In this document: positions 26,451-31,606 of the stretch, in pieces
Layout: every line of letters begins with the position of its first letter
Position numbering within the stretch: position 1 is the stretch's first letter
Origin: an uncultured Bacilli bacterium
GTDB taxonomy: Bacteria; Bacillota_I; Bacilli_A; RF39; UBA660
Reading direction: 5' to 3'
Assembly: GCA_947630205.1 (NCBI GenBank)
Contig: CANRGW010000001.1
Coordinates: 1-31,606 of the forward strand
Length of the DNA stretch: 31,606 bases
Position numbers and translations under genes: made by a program
Notes under the pieces: model-generated
Databases searched by the model: none
What the model saw: the letters and a program-made list of their open reading frames with translations, nothing else
What the model was told of the DNA's origin: nothing

Positions 26451-26915
26451 TTACTTAACTTTACCTTTTTTTCTCTGTTTTTTGAAAAACGATTGTAAAA
26501 GTTCAAGACTTTCTTTTTCTAAAACTTTTTCGGTTATTTGAACAGTAGGCTTTTCTTTATTGATAGCAAATATTAAGTCGACGATTTCTTTATTTTTTAA
26601 ATCAGGGTTAAGTGCACCTACAACAACTCTTTTTATCCTTGATTGCACAATAGCACTAGCACACATTGCACATGGTGATAAAGTAATATAAAGGGTTGCT
26701 TCATTCAAACGCCAATCATGAATTTTTTTACTTGCATTTCTAATTGCAATTAATTCTGCATGACTTGTAACATCATCTTTTCTTTCTTTTTGATTATAAC
26801 CTTTTCCAATTATTTTATCATCTAAAACTACAATAGCACCGACAGGAACTTCATCTTTTTGATAAGCCTTTTTTGCTTCCTTTAAGGCTAATTGCATATA
26901 TTCTTCGTCTTTCAT
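26451..26915 (-). CDS. tadA: tRNA adenosine(34) deaminase
   Basis: EVPVGAIVV, HAE and PCAMC motifs. The true start is MKDEEYM at 26915 (RBS GGTGA); the track's extension runs through the SRP RNA. Confidence 0.92.
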   Translation of the reverse strand: MKDEEYMQLALKEAKKAYQKDEVPVGAIVVLDDKIIGKGYNQKERKDDVTSHAELIAIRNASKKIHDWRLNEATLYITLSPCAMCASAIVQSRIKRVVVGALNPDLKNKEIVDLIFAINKEKPTVQITEKVLEKESLELLQSFFKKQRKKGKVK

Positions 26916-26935
26916 ATCATCACCATAAAATAAAA

Positions 26936-27006
26936 GTGCACATAAAAGAGTTATGTTAAGGCTGCTATCTTCCGATTCTGACCTGGTTCCATTTCTTTTA
27001 TTGCAC
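26936..27006 (-). ncRNA. ffs: Signal recognition particle RNA, small (4.5S-type, no Alu domain)
   Basis: GGAACCAGGUCAGAAUCGGAAGAUAGCAGCC: GGAA tetraloop, CAG./AGCA loop and ACCA bulge, closed by the stem GUGCA-AUAAAAGA / UCUUUUAU-G-UGCAC. Confidence 0.93.
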
Positions 27007-27013
27007 GTCATAT

Positions 27014-27042
27014 ATTTTACAATAATTTTTATTTATTAGCAA
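27014..27042 (-). promoter_or_regulatory. SigmaA promoter of ffs
   Basis: TTGCTA (27042-27037), 17 bp, TAAAAT (27019-27014); predicted start about 27008-27006, matching the RNA 5' end. Confidence 0.8.
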
Positions 27043-27130
27043 GAACTTTTTGCAAGAAAAAATTCTCTTTACCTATATATACACTTTTTTGAGAAAAAAT
27101 TCTAAAAAAAAAGACAAAAAATTTTCCAAA

Positions 27131-27159
27131 ATGTTATTAATTAGAAAAAATTATGTCAA
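27131..27159 (-). promoter_or_regulatory. Second upstream promoter directed toward ffs-tadA
   Basis: TTGACA (27159-27154), 17 bp, TAACAT (27136-27131). Confidence 0.5.
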
Positions 27160-27175
27160 ATTTGTATCGGTCATC

Positions 27176-27205
27176 TTGACAAGAAATTAAAAATAATGCT
27201 ACATT
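27176..27205 (+). promoter_or_regulatory. Plus-strand sigmaA promoter with no downstream gene
   Basis: TTGACA (27176-27181), 18 bp, TACATT (27200-27205), with extended TG. Confidence 0.55.
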
Positions 27206-27303
27206 ATATTTACAAAGTTGCACTCGATTATAGAGAGTTTCTTAAAAAACGGAATTATCTATATGTTGTTCGTAAATGTTGCTTAAACGGGCTAAAAACT
27301 ATG

Positions 27304-27332
27304 AAAAAAGATGCTTTATTCAGCATCTTTTT
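27304..27332. terminator. Bidirectional intrinsic terminator at the gyrA stop
   Basis: AAAAAAGATGCT-TTATTC-AGCATCTTTTT; the loop contains the gyrA stop codon. Confidence 0.8.
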
Positions 27333-29940
27333 CTGTATTATCTGGAAGTTCTTCTAAACTATTTTGTTCTTCTCCTTCTTCTACTTCTTCTTTTTCTAAG
27401 ACGGTTACTGTTGCAACTTTATGTTCATCTTTTAAGTTAATTAATCGAACACCTTGCGTTGCTCTTCTTAAAGTAGATACTTGTTCAAGAGAAATTCTAA
27501 TAATTATTCCGGCATCAGTTATCATGATTAAATCTTCCATTCCTGATACGGCTTTTAAAGTAACTAAACTTCCATTTTTATCTGTTACATTTAAGGCTTT
27601 AACTCCTTTACTACCACGATGAGTTAAACGATATTCATCAATTGGTGTTTTCTTACCATAACCTTTTTCAGTTACGATTAAGACTTGTTCATTTTCTGTA
27701 ATTACTTCGCCTCCAACAACCGAAGCATCACCTAAATCAATTCCTCGGACACCACTGGCCGTTCTTCCCATAATTCTAACTTCGTTTTCTCCGAAACGAA
27801 CCATTCGACCATTTGTGGCTCCAATTATAATTTCATTTTCCCCAGTTGTTTTTTGAACAGAAATTAATTCATCATCTTCTTTTAGTCCAATAGCAATTTT
27901 ACCATTATTCCTAATATTATCAAATTCACTTAAATCCGTTCTTTTAACAATACCTTTTCTTGTTACAAAGAATAAATATTTATATATCTCTTCATTGGCT
28001 TTTAAAGAAATAATTGAGTTTATTCTTTCATCCTTTTCAAGAGCAAGTAAATTTATAATTGGTAAACCTTTACTTTGACGACTAAATTCTGGTATTTCAT
28101 AACCTTTCATTCGGTAAACTTTACCTTTATTACTAAAGAATAAAATATAGTCATGCGTTTCAGCATTAATCATTTTTAAGACAAAATCTTCTTCATTAGT
28201 TGTCATACCTTTAATACCAACACCACCACGATTTTGTGTTCTATATTCAGAGACTAACATACGTTTAATATAGCCTTTGTTTGTTAAGGCAATTAAAGTA
28301 TTTTCAACAGGTATTAAAGACTCGTCTTCTATATAATCGATTGCTGTCATATCAATTGTGGTTCTTCTATCATCAGCAAAACGTTTCTTTATTTCTAACA
28401 TTTCTTCCTTAATGATATTAGCAACTCTTGTTGGTGATGATAAGATATCTTTATAATCAATTATCTTAATATTTAAATCAGCTAATTCACTTTCTACTTT
28501 TCCACGTTCTAAGCCTGTTAAACTACGTAAACGCATTTGCAAAATACTTGTTGCTTGAGCATCATCAAGACCAAAACGCGAAATTAATTTACTTTTAGCA
28601 TCATCATCACTTTCAGCACCACGAATGATTTTTACAACTTCATCAATATTATCAAGAGCAATTTTTAAACCTTCTAATATATGTACTTTTTCTTCGGCTT
28701 TCTTTAAATCATATTCCGTTCTTCTAATAATAACTTCTTTTTGATGATCTATATATTTAGAAATAATATCTTTTAAACCTAAAGTTCTTGGTGTACCGTT
28801 ATCAATCATTAAGAAAATAATTCCATAATTAACTTGAAAGTTAGTATGTTTGTATAAATTATTTAAAATAACTTGAGGATTAGCATCTCTTTTTAAAGTA
28901 ATTGTTATTTTTATACCATCTTTTAAATCAGTATGATAATCAGATATTCCTTCAATTACTTTATTATGAACAAGTTCAGCAACTTTATTTTTTAACTCTA
29001 AAGTATTTACACCATAAGGTACTTCTGTAATAACAATTGTACTATGATTTTTACCTTCTTCAATGGTTGCTTTACTTCTAATCGTTATACTTCCTCGACC
29101 GGTTTCATAAGCCTTTTTAATACCAGAATTACCTAAAATAATACCACCTGTTGGAAAGTCTGGTCCTTTAATATATTGCATTAAACCTACTGTATCAATG
29201 TCAGGATTGTCTATATAGGCAACACAACCATCTATTACTTCTCCTAAATTATGAGGCGGAATATTGGTTGCCATACCAACAGCAATTCCCATTGAACCAT
29301 TAACTAAAACATTAGGAAATCTTGATGGTAAAACGGTTGGTTCTTTTAAAGTTTCATCAAAGTTTGGCATCATATCAACAGTTTCTTTATTGATATCACG
29401 AAGTAACTCTAAGGAAAGTTTAGAAAGACGTGACTCAGTGTAACGCATTGCTGCGGCTCCATCGCCTTCTATATTACCAAAATTACCATGACCATCTATT
29501 AATGTATAACGTTGATTAAAATCCTGGGCTAAACGTACCATTGCTTCATAGATTGAAGAGTCTCCGTGAGGATGATAATTACCCATAACCTCTCCAACTG
29601 TTTTCGCACTTTTTCGATGAGGTTTATCAGGAGTATAGCCAGATGTATACATTGACCATAAAATACGTCTATGAACAGGTTTTAAACCATCTCTTAAATC
29701 AGGAATTGCACGTGAAATAATAACACTCATTGAATAATCAAGAAATGATTGTGAAACTTCTTCAACGATATTAGTTTCGGTTAATTTATCTGGTTCATGA
29801 AATTCTCCTCCAAAATCGGAATTAGACATTTCTATTTCTAATTCATCATTTTCATCTTCTATTGTATCGTTTGAAGACTCATCTTTCGCATCTTCTTCGG
29901 CTCTTGTTAATAACTCATCTAATTCATTATTATCTTCCAT
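27316..29940 (-). CDS. gyrA: DNA gyrase subunit A
   Basis: [16 protein letters not shown] and catalytic AAMRYTE motifs; GyrA-box QNRGGVG; C-terminal beta-pinwheel repeats; acidic tail. Confidence 0.98.
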   Translation of the reverse strand: MEDNNELDELLTRAEEDAKDESSNDTIEDENDELEIEMSNSDFGGEFHEPDKLTETNIVEEVSQSFLDYSMSVIISRAIPDLRDGLKPVHRRILWSMYTSGYTPDKPHRKSAKTVGEVMGNYHPHGDSSIYEAMVRLAQDFNQRYTLIDGHGNFGNIEGDGAAAMRYTESRLSKLSLELLRDINKETVDMMPNFDETLKEPTVLPSRFPNVLVNGSMGIAVGMATNIPPHNLGEVIDGCVAYIDNPDIDTVGLMQYIKGPDFPTGGIILGNSGIKKAYETGRGSITIRSKATIEEGKNHSTIVITEVPYGVNTLELKNKVAELVHNKVIEGISDYHTDLKDGIKITITLKRDANPQVILNNLYKHTNFQVNYGIIFLMIDNGTPRTLGLKDIISKYIDHQKEVIIRRTEYDLKKAEEKVHILEGLKIALDNIDEVVKIIRGAESDDDAKSKLISRFGLDDAQATSILQMRLRSLTGLERGKVESELADLNIKIIDYKDILSSPTRVANIIKEEMLEIKKRFADDRRTTIDMTAIDYIEDESLIPVENTLIALTNKGYIKRMLVSEYRTQNRGGVGIKGMTTNEEDFVLKMINAETHDYILFFSNKGKVYRMKGYEIPEFSRQSKGLPIINLLALEKDERINSIISLKANEEIYKYLFFVTRKGIVKRTDLSEFDNIRNNGKIAIGLKEDDELISVQKTTGENEIIIGATNGRMVRFGENEVRIMGRTASGVRGIDLGDASVVGGEVITENEQVLIVTEKGYGKKTPIDEYRLTHRGSKGVKALNVTDKNGSLVTLKAVSGMEDLIMITDAGIIIRISLEQVSTLRRATQGVRLINLKDEHKVATVTVLEKEEVEEGEEQNSLEELPDNTEKDAE

Positions 29941-29951
29941 ATAACACCCTC

Positions 29952-31606
29952 CTATATATCAAGGTTCTTAACCTTTTTAGCATATTCTTCAATATATTGC
30001 CTACGAGGTTCTACTTCATCACCCATTAGTTTCTCAAAAATCTTATCAGCCGCAACACAATCACTAATAGTAATTTTTTTCAAAATTCTTTTATTAATAT
30101 CCATAGTTGTTTCATTTAATTCTTCGGCATCCATTTCTCCTAAACCTTTCATTCGAGCAATTTCAGAACGGGCTCTTACATTTTCTGGTAAAGTATTTAA
30201 ATATGCTGATAATTCTTCTGGACTTAAAACATATTTGCGCGATTTTCCATGCGTAACTCTAAATAATGGTGGTTGAGCAGCGTAAACATGTCCGGCTTCA
30301 ACAATTGGTTTAAAGAAACGATAAAACAAAGTTAGTAATAATACTCGAATATGAGAACCATCTACATCGGCATCGGTCATGATTATAATCTTGTCATATC
30401 TTAATTTAGATAAATCAAAATACTCGCCAATTCCTGTTCCAAAGGCTGTAATAATTGTTTTGATTTCTTCATTTCCCAAAGCCTTATCAAGACGGGCTTT
30501 TTCAACATTTAGAATTTTACCTCGAAGAGGAAGAATGGCTTGAGTCATAGCATCTCGGCCTAGTTTAGCACTACCACCGGCTGAGTCTCCCTCGACGATA
30601 AATATTTCGGATATACTAGGGTCTTTACTTTTACAATCGGATAATTTACCAAAGAAATTAGTTGTCGTTAAATCCGTTTTTCTTGTTGCTTCTCGGGCTT
30701 TTTTAGCAGCCATTCTGGCATCTCTTGCTAAGATAGATTTACTAATAATAGTCTTCGCTTCAGTTGGATTTTCTAATAAAAATCTTTCAAAACCCTCAGC
30801 AAAAATACTATCTGCTAAACTTCTTACTTCCGAATTTCCAAGACGTCCCTTAGTTTGACCCTCAAATTGAGGATTAGGATGCTTACAAGAAATAATCATT
30901 GTAAGTCCTTCTTTTACATCATCTTCTTTTAAACTTTCATCTTTTTCTTTTAAAATATTATTCTTTCGTGCATAACTATTAACAACACGGCTTAACGCTC
31001 TTTTTACTCCGTCTTCATGAGTTCCTCCATCATGCGTATTAATGTTATTAACAAATGAATAAATATTAGAATTATAGGACGTATTATATTGCATAGCAAC
31101 TTCTAAGAAAACACCATCTTTTTCACCTGATAAATGAATAATATCTTCATGTAAAGGTGTCTTTTCTTTATTTATAAATCTTACATATTCACTTATTCCA
31201 CCCTCATAAAGGAAAGTCTCACCCGTTGTATCTTCTAGGTCACGATCATCTCTTATGTTAAGTGATAAACCACGATTTAAAAAAGCCAATTCCCTTACTC
31301 TGGTCTTTAAAGTTTCATAATCATAAATGTCTGTATCAAATATCTCAGGATCTGGTTTAAAGGAAACTGTTGTTCCCGTTCTTTTTTTATCACAGTCTCC
31401 AACAACATGTAAAGGAGCAACCGGATGTCCTCCGTTTTCAAAACGAATATTATATATCTTGCCATCTTTATAAACATTTACTTCAACCCAAGAACTTAAA
31501 GCATTAACAACACTAGCACCTACACCATGTAATCCTCCAGAGACTTTATATCCGCCTCCTCCGAATTTTCCTCCTGCATGTAATACAGTATAAACTGTTT
31601 CTACTG
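29952..31606 (-). CDS. gyrB: DNA gyrase subunit B (5' end outside the window)
   Basis: The frame stays open to the window edge ([31 protein letters not shown]); also [28 protein letters not shown] and KGLGEM motifs. Confidence 0.98.
   Translation of the reverse strand, partial: VETVYTVLHAGGKFGGGGYKVSGGLHGVGASVVNALSSWVEVNVYKDGKIYNIRFENGGHPVAPLHVVGDCDKKRTGTTVSFKPDPEIFDTDIYDYETLKTRVRELAFLNRGLSLNIRDDRDLEDTTGETFLYEGGISEYVRFINKEKTPLHEDIIHLSGEKDGVFLEVAMQYNTSYNSNIYSFVNNINTHDGGTHEDGVKRALSRVVNSYARKNNILKEKDESLKEDDVKEGLTMIISCKHPNPQFEGQTKGRLGNSEVRSLADSIFAEGFERFLLENPTEAKTIISKSILARDARMAAKKAREATRKTDLTTTNFFGKLSDCKSKDPSISEIFIVEGDSAGGSAKLGRDAMTQAILPLRGKILNVEKARLDKALGNEEIKTIITAFGTGIGEYFDLSKLRYDKIIIMTDADVDGSHIRVLLLTLFYRFFKPIVEAGHVYAAQPPLFRVTHGKSRKYVLSPEELSAYLNTLPENVRARSEIARMKGLGEMDAEELNETTMDINKRILKKITISDCVAADKIFEKLMGDEVEPRRQYIEEYAKKVKNLDI

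Noticed and set aside
26916-27011. N-terminal extension of tadA in the ORF track (MTCNKRNG...)
   Set aside because: It reads through the SRP RNA, has no RBS, and would start upstream of the predicted transcription start.
5801-27622. Plus-strand ORFs 5801-6046, 7227-7484, 8694-8924, 16024-16215, 17514-17846, 19380-19601 and 27311-27622
   Set aside because: All are antisense shadows of well-supported minus-strand genes, with no RBS or recognisable motif.
1-31606. CRISPR array, IS/transposase, prophage, rRNA or tRNA genes
   Set aside because: No repeat-spacer periodicity, transposase or integrase motif, or cloverleaf structure was seen.

Overview
Very AT-rich (about 25-30% GC by eye), genome-reduced Firmicute (Bacilli) chromosome segment; an RF39-like lineage is my inference only. 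Standard genetic code (TGA is used as a stop). All supported protein genes but one lie on the minus strand. Read right to left, they form a compressed version of the Bacillus-type oriC-proximal backbone: gyrB (partial), gyrA, SRP RNA (ffs), tadA, dnaX, ybaB/ebfC, recR, bofA, holB, yaaT/ricT, yabB, orphan, pth, mfd, DUF368, two divergent orphans, spoVT, Met T-box, metG, tatD (frameshifted), [Schlafen/AlbA_2-ATPase gene, frameshifted], 3D-domain protein, TasA/SipW-type secreted protein, two WXG100 genes, spoVG, yabP, yabQ, divIC, tilS, ftsH and a processive GT2. No tRNA, rRNA, CRISPR array or transposase was found. The most interesting items are: a self-contained WXG100 pair with no T7SS genes in the window; FtsH with a C-terminal Rho_N-like domain; GyrA with a ~50-aa acidic N-terminal extension; an orphan promoter-terminator unit (~120 nt) convergent on gyrA; an internally duplicated orphan protein; a strong-RBS 13-aa ORF between the T-box terminator and metG; and sporulation genes preceded by sigmaE/sigmaG-like motifs. 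All calls come from manual motif reading; no database searches were run.
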